DNA of 64,000 nt, from positions 416,001 to 480,000 of the forward strand of contig CAVXYC010000020.1 of the NCBI GenBank assembly GCA_963765765.1. Reading direction: 5' to 3'. This document shows positions 45,000 to 56,005 of the stretch, in pieces. Both the position numbers and the translations under genes were made by a program. Each line of letters starts with the position of its first letter. Position 1 is the stretch's first letter. The stretch is from an uncultured Chloroflexia bacterium. Lineage in GTDB: Bacteria; Chloroflexota; UBA6077; JACCZL01. The notes beneath the pieces were generated by a model. It was given only the letters and a program-made list of their open reading frames with translations. It did no database searches and was not told the DNA's origin.

Positions 45000-47538
45000 A
45001 TGGACACGCGGATCGACGAGAGCTTTAGCGCGCTGCTCAAGCGCTATCGGGTGGGCGCGGGGCTCTCACAGGAAGCGCTGGCTGAACGGGCGGGCCTGAG
45101 CGTACAGGCGATCAGCGCGCTGGAACGTGGGCTCCGACGGGCACCGTATCGGGATACCGTGCGCGTCCTGGGGGAGGCGCTCGAGCTGCCCGCTGCCGAC
45201 CGAGCAAGCCTCGAGGCGGCGGTGCGGCGACAACGAGGCCCGGCGGCGGGCGCCGGAGTCGACCGTCCGCGAGTCGGCCCGGCGCTCCCGATCCCGCCGA
45301 CCCCATTCCTGGGCCGCGAGCGCGAGGAGGAAGCGATTACCCGCCTGTTGCAACAGGCCGAGGTGCGCCTACTCACGCTGACCGGGCCCGGCGGTGTGGG
45401 CAAGACGCGCCTGGCGCTGCAGGTGGCGGCGGGGATGGACGGCCTCTTTCCGGATGGCGTGGTCCTGGTCCCCCTGGCATCCATCCGCGAGTCGGAGCTC
45501 GTCATACCAGCCATGGCGCAGGCGCTGGGCGTGCAAGAGGCCAGGGGACGCTCCCTCTCGGACAGCCTGGCCGCTAGCCTGCGTGAGAAACGTACACTCC
45601 TGCTCCTGGACAACGTGGAGCAGGTCCTCGACGCGGCACCGGACGTCGCCAGGCTCGTGGCGACCTGCCCCCATCTGACGGTGCTTGCAACTGGACGGGC
45701 GGCGCTCCACCTGCGAGGCGAGCACCGCTTTCCAGTCCCGCCACTGGAGGTACCGCTCGTCGCCTCTTCCGGAGGGATCGACGACCTGGCGCACTACGCG
45801 TCGGTGGAGCTCTTCGTGCAACAAGCCCGCGCGGCACGGCTGGACTTCGCACTCACGGAGGCCAATGCCGCCGCGGTGGGCGCGATCTGCGCGCGGCTGG
45901 AAGGGGCTCCCGCTGGCAATCGAGCTGGCGGCCGCGCAGGTGGTGCTGCTGCCACCAGAGGCGCTGCTGGCGCGCCTGGAGCGCCGGCTGCCGCTGCTGA
46001 CCGATGGGGCCCGGGACTTGCCGGCTCGACAGCAGACGATGCGCGACACGATTGGCTGGAGCTACGAGCTGCTGGACCGGGAGGAGCAGACAGTCTTCCG
46101 ACGCCTGGCCGTCTGCGTCGGCGGCGGCGGTCTGGAAGCCGCTGAAGCGATCGTCTGCCGGCCCGATGGGTCGGATTCGGAGCGCGGTGGCACGGTCAGC
46201 CAGCTGCTCTCCCTCGCGGACAAGACATTGGTGGCGTTCGACAGCGGGTCGGCTAATGGAGAGGCAGACCAGAGCGCGGAGCCGCGCGTGACGATGCTGG
46301 AAACCGTGCGTGAGTACGGCCTGGAGCAGCTAGCCGCGTGCGACGAGGCGGGGTGGGCGCGGCGCCAGCACGCCCGGTACTACCTGGCCATGACCGAGGC
46401 AGCCGAGCCCGAGCTGACGGGACCACGGCAACGGACGTGGCTTGCCCGTCTGGAGCGAGACCACGGCAACCTGCGAGCAGCCCTGCAGTGGGCGCGGGAA
46501 AACCGAGAGCACACGATCGGGCTACGGCTGGCCGGGGCGCTGTGGCGCTTCTGGGAGGTGCGCGGCTACTGGACGGAAGGCCGCGCCACGCTCGAGGAGC
46601 TGCTTGCCGCGGCGGTCGACGGCGAGGCGACGCTGCACACCGAATGGCGGGCCAAGGCGATGCAGGGCGCGGGAGTGCTGGCTTTCCAGCAGGGCGACTA
46701 CGCGGCCGCTCGCTTCGCCCTGGAAGGGAGCATCGCTATTTACCGCGAGCTGGGTGGCCGCGCGGGGATGGCCTGGTCACTCATCTACCTGGGCTGGCTC
46801 GCCAACGACAGCGGCGATCCGGCCCGCGCCTCGGCACTGTTAGAAGAGAGCCTCGCGCTCTGCCGAGCCGCCGGTGATCAGTTCGGCGCGGCGTGGTCGC
46901 TGGTGAGGCTGGGACTGGTCAAGCTGTTCCAGCGCGACTATGAGGCCGCCCGCCCGGCGCTGAGCGAGAGTCTGGTGATCGCGCGCACACTCGGCGACCG
47001 GATGGTGACGGCCTGGGCGCTGCATTGGCTGGCGTCCGCACTCGTATGGAGCGGCGCGGGCACGATGGATGAGGTGCGTCGACTCGAAACGGAGAGCCTG
47101 GAGCTCTGGGAGGAGCTGGGCGATCGACGGAATAGCAGCTATTCGATGGCGATCCTGGCAGGCGTCACCTATGCCGAAGGTGATCTCGCCGCGACGTACG
47201 AGTACCTGCGCGAGGCGCTGCATCGATCGTACGAGGTTGGGGACAAGCTAGGCGTAATGACGGTGCTCACCCAGCTTGCCGCTCTGGCGGCGGCGCAGAG
47301 ACAGTACGAGCGGGCGGTGCGGCTGGAGGGTGCGCTCGCGGCCCTGCACGAAGCGAGCGGGCTGCCGCCACACGCGGTGTTCCGAATTTACTTCGATCGA
47401 GAGCTTCCGGCCGCGCACCAAGCGCTCGGGGAAACCGGTACCGCGGCCGCGTGGCAAGCAGGCCATTCGATGTCATCGGAGCAAGTCATTGCTTATGCCA
47501 TCGAGGGCTACCGTCTATCGGGTACATCCTCGGGGTGA
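45000..47538 (+). CDS. XRE-HTH + STAND (NB-ARC-like) ATPase + TPR transcriptional regulator (frameshift near 45905)
   Basis: LSQEALAERAGLS..ISALERG, LTGPGGVGKTRLA, LLLDNVE, GLPLAIELAAA, TPR-like repeats. Confidence 0.9.
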
Positions 47539-47828
47539 GCGGCAGCGAGGAGCAAAACGGCCGCGGCTGGATCGGGCATTTCGCCCATACCAGCCGACCG
47601 AGTCTCCTCCGTGGATTGCGCCCGTGGCACCCCCTGCATCGCGCACGGCTCGAGTGTACTCATTGGCAGCTATTGTCAAGATGTCAGCCTATCTTAGCCT
47701 GGCCGCAGCGCGACGCTGCCGGAGCGTAGCGCCGGAGAATGTCTACCGATTGACGTCGTGGGGCACGATGGCCCGATACAGATTGTGGCACTCGCCGTCC
47801 CAGGCGAATCCCGCCATAATAGGCGTCT

Positions 47829-49028
47829 ATGTCAGTTCCTTGGGTTCGCATTGTCTTCGTCATGTTGCTGTCGTCAAGCAGCAACGTCGCCGGTATTCTG
47901 GTCCCTCCGTATCTCCAGGGACTCGGTTACGACTACACCGCGATTGGCCTGTTAGTCGCCATCACCGCGGTGGCGCAACTGTGCTCACGGTTCCCTGCTG
48001 GTGCCCTTTATCGACCGGATCGGGCCCGCCGCATCACGGCGGTCTGCATCGTGGTGATAGCCATCAACTATCTGGTTTATCCGCTGGCACATAGCCCCCT
48101 CACCTTTGCCCTGGTGCAGATCATCGCCGGTCTGGCCAACGGCGTCGCCACGACGACGAATCTGGCGATGTACATGGATGCGCTGCCGGCCGATACACCG
48201 AAACACCGCCCGATGGCCTTCTATGCGGGCGCGTTGGCCGGCGGATTCACCCTGGGCAACCTGGTGGGCGGCCTGGCGGGCGATTTCCTGGGAGTGACCC
48301 AGGCGTTCATGATCGCTTCAGCCACAACCCTCGGCTCACTCATCTTCCTCGGGCTGGACCATCCTCATCTAGTCCGCGCAGCGAGCCCCGCGAGGAACCG
48401 TGAGCCGGTGCCGCTGCGCGAGCGTCTCGCTGTCACGCTTGCCGGCTTTACCGAGCCACGGCTCGTGGGGATCTCTGGAGTGGCGTTCCTGCTGAACTTC
48501 CTCCACACCATTGTCAACACCTTCTTGCCGCTGTACGGGATCGCGATTGGCCTGTCGCTGTCGGAGATCGGCCTGCTGAAAAGCGTCCACTCACTGGTGA
48601 ACGCCATAGCGCGACCGATCGCAAGCGCGCCGGTTCGCGCCCTCGGCGCGCGACGAGCATCACTCATCGGCGTTGTGGCGCTGGCGGCGATGGACACCCT
48701 CGTCCCTTTCCAGACGACCTTCATCCTGCTGGCCATCGTGCTTGCCGGCGTGGGCCTGATGCGGGCCATCGCACTGGTGGGCAACACGGTGGAGCTTGCC
48801 GATATCGACCACACGCGGATCAGCCGAGGCATGGCATCCAGCCTCTATAACTCCTGCCAGGATGTAGGCAGCCTCTCCGGCCCGGCGCTGTGTGGCGCGC
48901 TCGCGTCGGTCATCGGTCTGACCACCATGATGACGATCGTACCGCTGGGGTCCACCGCGCTGTTTTTCGTGGTGCTCTTCGGAGTCTTTCGAAAGGCGCA
49001 TCACGAGCCCGTTGCCACCACGTCATGA
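47829..49028 (+). CDS. MFS transporter
   Basis: About 12 TM segments, two-fold internal symmetry. Confidence 0.8.
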   Translation: MSVPWVRIVFVMLLSSSSNVAGILVPPYLQGLGYDYTAIGLLVAITAVAQLCSRFPAGALYRPDRARRITAVCIVVIAINYLVYPLAHSPLTFALVQIIAGLANGVATTTNLAMYMDALPADTPKHRPMAFYAGALAGGFTLGNLVGGLAGDFLGVTQAFMIASATTLGSLIFLGLDHPHLVRAASPARNREPVPLRERLAVTLAGFTEPRLVGISGVAFLLNFLHTIVNTFLPLYGIAIGLSLSEIGLLKSVHSLVNAIARPIASAPVRALGARRASLIGVVALAAMDTLVPFQTTFILLAIVLAGVGLMRAIALVGNTVELADIDHTRISRGMASSLYNSCQDVGSLSGPALCGALASVIGLTTMMTIVPLGSTALFFVVLFGVFRKAHHEPVATTS

Positions 49029-49119
49029 TCCTTGCGTGAGTGCCGCGAGCAATTTCGATGCGCGACCTCTTTCAATAGAGGAAGCTCGGCGGCTCCCCAT
49101 CACGGTCCGGGGACACCGC

Positions 49120-49325
49120 TATGGTGTGCGTTCTGGACCTTCTTGGTAGGCACAGGCTTCAGGTTCGGTGAAGCGGCCCGGACTCTCATGAGATGCCGTG
49201 GACCTCGCGGTGGGCGTCCTGGCCATAAAGCAAGCGGCCGTCAGAGCTCGAAAGGATGGCAGTATCCATGAGCAGCTCGCGCCGAGCCAAGACGGCTGCG
49301 AGGGTGCGGACACTGCCATTTCGCT
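49120..49325 (+). pseudogene. Tyrosine integrase relic, homologous to 62209..63460
   Basis: AFWTFLVGTGFRFGEAA, VDLAVGVLAIKQAAVR, KTAARVRTLP match the same segments of the integrase. Confidence 0.75.
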
Positions 49326-49520
49326 TGGCTGGAAAGGACGCGTCGTACAGACGGCTCTCTACGCTATGCGCTGGGCGTGCACATAGGGGCGCTCTTCTCC
49401 GAGCTGAGCGCCCCTATGGATTTCGAGATCGGCACCCAGCGGCACTGCCCGGCGTGAACTGGGTGACCGGTGAGGTGGGGCTCCGGTAGCAGAAGACGCC
49501 CGGATGCGCCTGCTCTGGAT

Positions 49521-50981
49521 TCAAGCGCGGCCTTTAAACGCCCGCGCCATCTCGCGCGTGATTTCTAGGTAGCGCGTGCCATAGCCTCGGGCCGGCTCAA
49601 TTTGGGTTCCCTCCAGCCACTCGTTCCAGCTCGTGATCATCACCCAAGTGGGCTCCGACTGAATCGCCCCGCGGAAGGTCGCCCGGTAATACCCGCCATC
49701 CGCGCGATCGACCGCGAAGGCATCAGAACGCCCGGGAATCAGGCGGTCGTCATAGCCTGGCATCGCCGTCGCCGCCCACAGTTTGCGCGCTCCGTTAGTT
49801 GTATTGAAAGCCCGAACCTTCTCGGAGTAACTGCGGAGCTGTTTCGATGGGTCGGGGCTCCAGGCAATCGAGTAGGGAAAGATGCCATCAAAGACTTCGA
49901 GCAGCGGGAAGTAATCGCCTTCCGCGATCCAGAGGGCACGCCGCTCGGGGTCCGCGTCCCGAATTAACGCGGCCCAGGCATCGATCGCCGCGCGGCTTTT
50001 GTCGTTTACCCGGTTCCCATCTTCGCCGAACGCCGTGTACGGGTGCCAGACCAGGATCACGGGTCGGCCGTCAACGCGCAGGTAGGCCGGGTGCTCCGCA
50101 TGTATATGCAGGAAGTGCTTCAACGCCGCGACCATCGCGGCTCTATCCGGGAACCAGTCGACACTGTCGGTTTCCAGGAGCAGGGCGGCGCGCATCCCTG
50201 CACGCTCCGCGGAGGAAAGCAGGCTTTGGAAATTCCTCTCCGTAGGGTTGTTTTTCATTGGGCCGTACCAGGCTTGCGCCAGGACATCGATGCCCGCTTC
50301 CTTGGCCAAGCCAACCTGTCGCTGGATTCCTGCCGGGTCATCCGACCAGCTCGGAATCATGGGTAGGTCGGCCGTCATGCCGCTCGTCCAGGTCGCCTGG
50401 TCGAACCAGGCATAGTACAGCGCGACAACGAGGCGTTGGTCCAGAGGAGCACCTTGCGGCTCGAACGCGTACGGAGTGCAATTGACACCGTCCGGGGCCG
50501 GCCCGACGCGCCGTTCGGGGACCGCGGCCACACCCACGTCCTGGGCATCGACCCACACCTCTTCCTGTCGCGCGGGGTTGAAGACGTGGAGCCGCGCATC
50601 AGTTTGCGGGTCAAGTACCTGGAAGGCGCAGTACTGCGCCTCGGTTGTGCCGAGACTCGTCGCACCCGGTTGGCTGGCCGGGCCATTCCACAGATCGGTG
50701 AGCCGATGGTTCTCCACCCAGTAGTACGCGAAGCTCGCCGTTACCGTAGGTGTCGCCGTTGGAGCGGGTGTCGCCGTCCGTACCGGCGCGACCGTCCGAA
50801 CTGGCGTCGCCGTCCGAACGGGTGTCGGCGCGGCCGCGACGACCGTGTCTGGCGAAGGCGAGGACGCCGCCGACGATGCCTCCTCCGCAAGAAGCCCGAA
50901 GCCGCCCAGGAGGATAGACAGGCCAAGGACGCATGTCCTGATGCACCAGGAGGGACGAGTAGGCGATGACGATACGCTCAT
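49521..50981 (-). CDS. Secreted GH99-like glycoside hydrolase with N-terminal accessory domain
   Basis: Signal peptide, TP linker, ALYYAWF, AKEAGID, MPGYDD, ITSWNEWLEGTQIEP. Confidence 0.82.
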   Translation of the reverse strand: MSVSSSPTRPSWCIRTCVLGLSILLGGFGLLAEEASSAASSPSPDTVVAAAPTPVRTATPVRTVAPVRTATPAPTATPTVTASFAYYWVENHRLTDLWNGPASQPGATSLGTTEAQYCAFQVLDPQTDARLHVFNPARQEEVWVDAQDVGVAAVPERRVGPAPDGVNCTPYAFEPQGAPLDQRLVVALYYAWFDQATWTSGMTADLPMIPSWSDDPAGIQRQVGLAKEAGIDVLAQAWYGPMKNNPTERNFQSLLSSAERAGMRAALLLETDSVDWFPDRAAMVAALKHFLHIHAEHPAYLRVDGRPVILVWHPYTAFGEDGNRVNDKSRAAIDAWAALIRDADPERRALWIAEGDYFPLLEVFDGIFPYSIAWSPDPSKQLRSYSEKVRAFNTTNGARKLWAATAMPGYDDRLIPGRSDAFAVDRADGGYYRATFRGAIQSEPTWVMITSWNEWLEGTQIEPARGYGTRYLEITREMARAFKGRA

Positions 50982-51274
50982 AGTGTCACACCGAATAACG
51001 ACGCGGACATCGGCGTGGTCGCGGATTACTTACTGATGCGAGCTCGCAAAGGGGATCGAATGACCCGCGGCCGGTGACGTCCAGTCGGAAGTACGGCGGG
51101 TTCCAGCCATCGCCGGCGTAGCGGGGCGCGTGAGGAACCGGACCTGATTCTCCCGATCGCCTCCGCCCGAGCCGAGAACGGACATAAGTAAGCGGCTCCG
51201 GTGGCACCCCGGAGCCGCTTCACCACTGGTGCGTGCTGATAATGGGTGCCTCCATAGACTTGAACCAACGTCAC

Positions 51275-52249
51275 TCAAGTGTCGAGCGAATGGACGGCGA
51301 GATCGGCGAGTTCCCTCACCAGAGCGAGCATGCGGCCCGAACCCGGCTCAAACAGAGAATACTTGGTTCGCCCGGGCTCCAGTACCAACATCCTTGGAAG
51401 AATTTCCTCGAGCTGGGACTTGTAGCCATCCAGGCTCATGGGCAATGTTTGGTCCAACTCGTCAGGTAGATCCTCGATCTCGTAGTGCGTCGGATTGAAA
51501 ACTGGAAGGCTGTCGATCTCAGACCAGACGAAGTGTCTGATCTCGAACAGAATCCCGGTTGCTAGCCAAAGAGCCGTGCGAAGATGCCGCAGACGGAGCC
51601 GTGCCGAGCCTGGACTAAAAATGGCGCCACGATCTCGGCGCGGCCCCAGTTCCCCAACGGAAACGAGTGAGAATTCCCCCTTGGGCAGTTCAATACTGTA
51701 ATTCGGCCGGGCCTCTGCAAAAAGCGACCCTAAGCTCGGCTCGTCGGGCGGGCCTACAAACATGAGCCCAGGAAGCTTAATTCCTCCCATGGGGCTGTAG
51801 CTTCGGCACAACCGCAACCGCGATGGAGTAAATCACGGTCCGACGGAGCGATTGCCAGAGCGTTGTCTCTACACGTTGCGCGAAGGCCATCGGCGGCTCG
51901 CCCGTAGTGAACCATTGCCTCGCGAGCCCAGCAAGCGTCTGCATCGCCTCGCCTCGCGGGTCAGTACTTCCAAACGCTTCTCTGACCGCAGAATCATTGG
52001 AGATGACGTCAAGCAGGTGGCGCGAATCGTCCGATGACCAGAGTCTTGCACCCTTTTCACTGCCGCGCCATATTCTCCTTGGGGCCTCCCCAGGATTTCG
52101 CAGGTCTGTTTCGAGCGCCGCCCAATCCGAGAATTCGAACTGGAGCAAGGAGAGGAAAGCAGCCAGATGTTCCGAAAATGCAGTCACCGCAATTTTTCCA
52201 ACTATTTCAGCAGCGAGCCCCTTCTCCAAGCGTGTGCAGGCCTGGGCAT
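51275..52249 (-). pseudogene. Hypothetical protein, split and probably truncated
   Basis: Overlapping ORFs 51777..52229 and 51275..51817 join near 51790; lower GC than neighbours. Confidence 0.45.
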
Positions 52250-52271
52250 AGCGAACCCGAGCGAGTCAGAC

Positions 52272-52295
52272 CGTTGCTACCCGCGTTGCTACCCG
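52272..52295. repeat. 12-bp tandem direct repeat
   Basis: CGTTGCTACCCG x2. Confidence 0.8.
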
Positions 52296-52371
52296 GAGCA
52301 GAAAAACAACTCGATCTGATCTCACATCGGGGTCAATGGTGCCAAGCGGCAGAATCAGCCAAACCCCTGCA

Positions 52372-52951
52372 TCAGTACGCACCGGTGCGCCCCAGCCGGC
52401 GACGCGAGGGTCTTCGCACTTGTCGTTGTCCTCGATAATCACCCAGAGGGTCCCCTGAACGATCGTATCGCCGGCTGGGGAATGCCATTACTTTCGGCCT
52501 TAAATAGCTCCACCGCGAAGGTCTCCGGGTCTTCGCACTCGTCGTCATCCGCGATCGGGAGTGTGATGGCCTGCTTGATGGTGGCCGGCATAGGCACCAC
52601 CGAAAATGCGATCCCGCAACCCCACTCGGGGCACTGGTAGTAGTCGAGGTTCGGGGTGGCCGTGCCGCGGGTTGTGCGGTAGTAGAAGTTGATCTGGCCA
52701 CGGATGCCGGACGCCTGCATCCGCACGACCGCGCCCGGGTCGCCGAACTTCGGGAAGGTGTTCGCCGTGCCCGCGCCCTCCTTCACCCGCACCACCCCGT
52801 CATCGTCCTCGAACCCGAAGGTCAGCCCCGTCGGCTGGCCGAGCGGCTCCGAGCGCGCACTGCCGCCGAGCCCGAGGCCGGCCAAGCCCACGGCGACCAC
52901 GAGCCCGCCGCGGAGCAGTCGACGCTGCATTATGCGAGTGGTGCCATGCAT
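52372..52951 (-). CDS. Secreted single Calx-beta domain protein (indel near C-terminus)
   Basis: Signal peptide; VKEG, YRTTRGTATPNLDY, IADDDECEDPETFAVEL, IIEDND. Confidence 0.72.
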
Positions 52952-53321
52952 CGGAGGCCTCCAAAGAACAATTCGGAGCCACGATCCCGGCCGATACGCG
53001 GAGGGTATCGACGATCCGTCAGTCGGATAGGTCCGAGCACGCGACGCTCGTTACGGCCTCGGACTTTCGCCGCCGCGAACTGCCCACTCGCGAAGTCATT
53101 CGAGAACGCAGCAGCCCGCATCCGAATCACCAGCTGGGATGCGCGGACCCTCAGAGTTCCACAGGTTCATCGCGCGCGGGGGAGTGTCAACCGGCCCGTG
53201 TGAGAGCCCGCCCGAACGTCTGATCCCCTGCTCCGAGCCCCCCACGCGCCTCTCGTGCGGCTACGACGCGCTGGTGAAGATCTGCGGGCTATCGGCTGTA
53301 ACGGGGTCAGTCGAGCGGAAC

Positions 53322-53543
53322 CTACGCCTCATCGGCGAGATCCAACCCACGTTCTGCCAACGCCTCGCGCAGCTGGCGGATGGCTTTTGGCCCCATGCCG
53401 TGCATCTTTTTCAGGTCGGACTCCTTTAGCCTCGCAACCTGATCAAGGCCAGTCACTCCAGCATGCGCCAGAGCGCGCCGGGCCGGACTGGCGAGCGTCG
53501 CGGGCAGATCTCCACTTCCGCTCTGCGTTGCTTCGCCACTCAT
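53322..53543 (-). CDS. Small HhH / RNAP alpha-CTD-like DNA-binding protein
   Basis: LASPARRALAHAG..LKKMHGMGPKAIRQLREAL. Confidence 0.8.
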   Translation of the reverse strand: MSGEATQSGSGDLPATLASPARRALAHAGVTGLDQVARLKESDLKKMHGMGPKAIRQLREALAERGLDLADEA

Positions 53544-53618
53544 GTGCAGTCCTTCATTTCAACATGGAAGAGCCTGCCCGGATCCGCTGTTCCGGGGCGT
53601 TCGAGGGTGCCCCGTGAG

Positions 53619-53834
53619 TCACCTGGGCGATTGCAGCACCACGGGTGTGAGGTTCCTTGGGGTGAGCCCGTCCTCCATCTCGATCTTTACGTAGGTGATG
53701 GTCTGGTCCGCCGCGGGGGTGGGTGTCGCGGTCGTGAGCGCCTTCTCCTCGGCCGAGCTGGGCGTGTAGTTCAGGATCGCGAGCCCCAGCGCCAGAGCAT
53801 TCACGAAGCCGATCAGCCAGTGTCGTGCATCCAT
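53619..53834 (-). CDS. Small exported hypothetical protein
   Basis: GGAGG RBS, hydrophobic N-terminus, TPTP linker. Confidence 0.5.
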   Translation of the reverse strand: MDARHWLIGFVNALALGLAILNYTPSSAEEKALTTATPTPAADQTITYVKIEMEDGLTPRNLTPVVLQSPR

Positions 53835-54364
53835 GATGGTCCTCCGCTTCGTTCGTTCGTGCCTTCAGGCTACCGCTGGCGGGGACGGGGCGCTGTCAAC
53901 TGGGCGACAGTGCCGGTGTGCATCTGGCGACACGCTGCGTCTTCGAGTGGATCACGCTGAGGTGACCGGCAGGATTAACTCCGGCCCCTGACCCTTCGCG
54001 CTGTTCACCTTCTTCGAGACCGGGAACGCCTGCATGGACTCGGCCGGGTAGGGCATCAGCATGGTCAGCGCTTCGGCCGTATCGGTCATCTTCGGATCCA
54101 GCCAGACGTCTTCCAAGGGTCATCGGGATGTTCAACTAACTGCTGGCACCCATCATCGAAACCGCCTAGCAGCTCAGGCAGGGTGCACATTGTTGCAGGA
54201 TTGCACATAGACATTCCGCCAACATCGTGAGAGTCTTAAACGACACCCTTAAGACCAACTAAGTACACGACAGTCAAGTCAAGAGCGCCCCGCTGGCTGT
54301 AGTGTTGGGGCTCTTCGGTGGGTAGCGGTGCGGAGAGCTCGCGAAAACGCTAGGGCCCCGCTCC

Positions 54365-54586
54365 ATGATCCATTCTAGCGAGCACCAGAGAATGCGCTCA
54401 CGGACTGATTGGATGGACACTATTCAGTGCACTGACCCAGATCTCGCGGACCGTCTGACCGCCCGCGAGATCGAGATCCTCTGTCTCATGGCGGAAGGGT
54501 GTGATAACCAGACGATCGCCACCCTACTCGTGCTCGATCGGGCCACCATTCGCACACACGCCGCCACGGTCCTCACCAAATCTTGA
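54365..54586 (+). CDS. Stand-alone LuxR-type HTH protein (possibly truncated)
   Basis: LTAREIEILCLMAEG.DNQTIA..L....TIRTH. Confidence 0.75.
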   Translation: MIHSSEHQRMRSRTDWMDTIQCTDPDLADRLTAREIEILCLMAEGCDNQTIATLLVLDRATIRTHAATVLTKS

Positions 54587-54689
54587 CGGGCATTCGCGGC
54601 TGTAAGCGGTAGCTCGGGCCCGCGCGATCGGGGCTCTGCGGTTAACACCGTCCAGTGCCCCGTCAATCATCGCCGATGGTCGCCGAGAT

Positions 54690-54971
54690 TCAGCGAGCTG
54701 AGCGCTGAGGCGTATTGCCTTCCGATCGCGTGGCGGCCAGTTCGCGTTCCGCCAGCGTGGCACGCAGCCAGCGGAACATCGCGGAGTCATCGCCGTCCGT
54801 ATGGCCGGCAGCCCGATACTCCGCTCGGAGCCGGTCGATGATGGGAGCCGCGGCCGATCGCAGCTCTCCGACGGCCTCGTCCGACGGGCTCCGCTCAACG
54901 GTGTGAAGCGCCACCCGGAATCGCCCGAGCAGAGCGTCTCGGTCCTGATCGTTCGTCCTATGAGGGCTCAT
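54690..54971 (-). CDS. Hypothetical protein
   Basis: GAGGTG RBS, MSPHRTNDQ.. amphipathic helices. Confidence 0.5.
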   Translation of the reverse strand: MSPHRTNDQDRDALLGRFRVALHTVERSPSDEAVGELRSAAAPIIDRLRAEYRAAGHTDGDDSAMFRWLRATLAERELAATRSEGNTPQRSAR

Positions 54972-55348
54972 TGTTTCACACCTCTGCAAGTAACTCCAGT
55001 AGCCTCTACCTCGTCCACATCCGCCACCCGACCCACACCGCAGGCTGCGCTGTTCCCCCAGTATCTGCAAAAAGTGACGTCTAGATAGATGCACCGTGAC
55101 ATAAAAATGCACGCAGATAGACACCAATTTCGTTGAGTAGAGGTCGAGGACACCATCCCGCCCCCACCGCGAGGCGTCGAAAGAGCGCCACGCTTGGGAC
55201 GAGCGTGGCGCTCTTTCTTGGAGGCGGTCACCCTGACCCGGTGCGGCAGGCCAGGTGTACCACTCCTCAGCCAGACGCGCATTGAGCATCCACCGTTCCT
55301 ATTCCAGGATCGCCCACACGGCCAACGCCCGCCGCGCTTCCGGGGGCA

Positions 55349-56005
55349 TCACGGCTGAGTAGCGCGCCGGCGCCGGTTCCGCTGCCGTTGCGCCTCGCTT
55401 CGGCAGACCAGGCACTCCCGGTAGCCCCGCGTCGTCCGGGTGTTCTCCGGCGTGCGCGTGTGGCCGTTGCGACACTGCTCGATCGCCGTCCCGAATGTGA
55501 CGATACCGTGGACCGGATCGTACCGCCCGCCCCGCGGGACTGGGCGACGATGCTCCGGCCGGACGCAGCGGCGCTCGCCGTCGGGGCAGGCGAGTCCCAC
55601 GACGTGGCCCGGGGGCACCGGGCCGACCAGCGCCTCGTAGACCAGGAGCGCCGCGCTCCAGCCATGCCACTGCGGATACCCGGCGGCGTCGACGACACCG
55701 CGCCAGAGCCAGCAGCGCTCCGTCCGCTCGACCAGGTCCCAGAAGGCCTCCGGGAGCTCCGTGGGCCGCGGCCGCGCGCGCCGCCCGCCGTGCGGGTCAC
55801 CGCTGCGCCACCAGCGCTGATGATGGGCCCGGCACATGCCCCGCTGATGGGCCGGCTTGCCGCAGCCCTCCACGGAGCAGGTGCCGTCGTTGACCTGGGG
55901 GCGCCCATTCGGGTCGCCAGAGCGCCACCAGCGCATGTAGTGCGGGCGACACCAGCCGCGAGCGTAGGGGGAACGCTCGCAACCCGAGATGGTGCACGCC
56001 GACAC
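55349..56005 (-). CDS. Zn-finger repeat + degenerate HNH-like protein (phage-type)
   Basis: Two CxxxGC..RGxCxxH..RWWRSGDP repeats, FW..CWLWRG, CVRPEH, CRNGH..EN..CLVC. Confidence 0.75.
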   Translation of the reverse strand: MSACTISGCERSPYARGWCRPHYMRWWRSGDPNGRPQVNDGTCSVEGCGKPAHQRGMCRAHHQRWWRSGDPHGGRRARPRPTELPEAFWDLVERTERCWLWRGVVDAAGYPQWHGWSAALLVYEALVGPVPPGHVVGLACPDGERRCVRPEHRRPVPRGGRYDPVHGIVTFGTAIEQCRNGHTRTPENTRTTRGYRECLVCRSEAQRQRNRRRRATQP

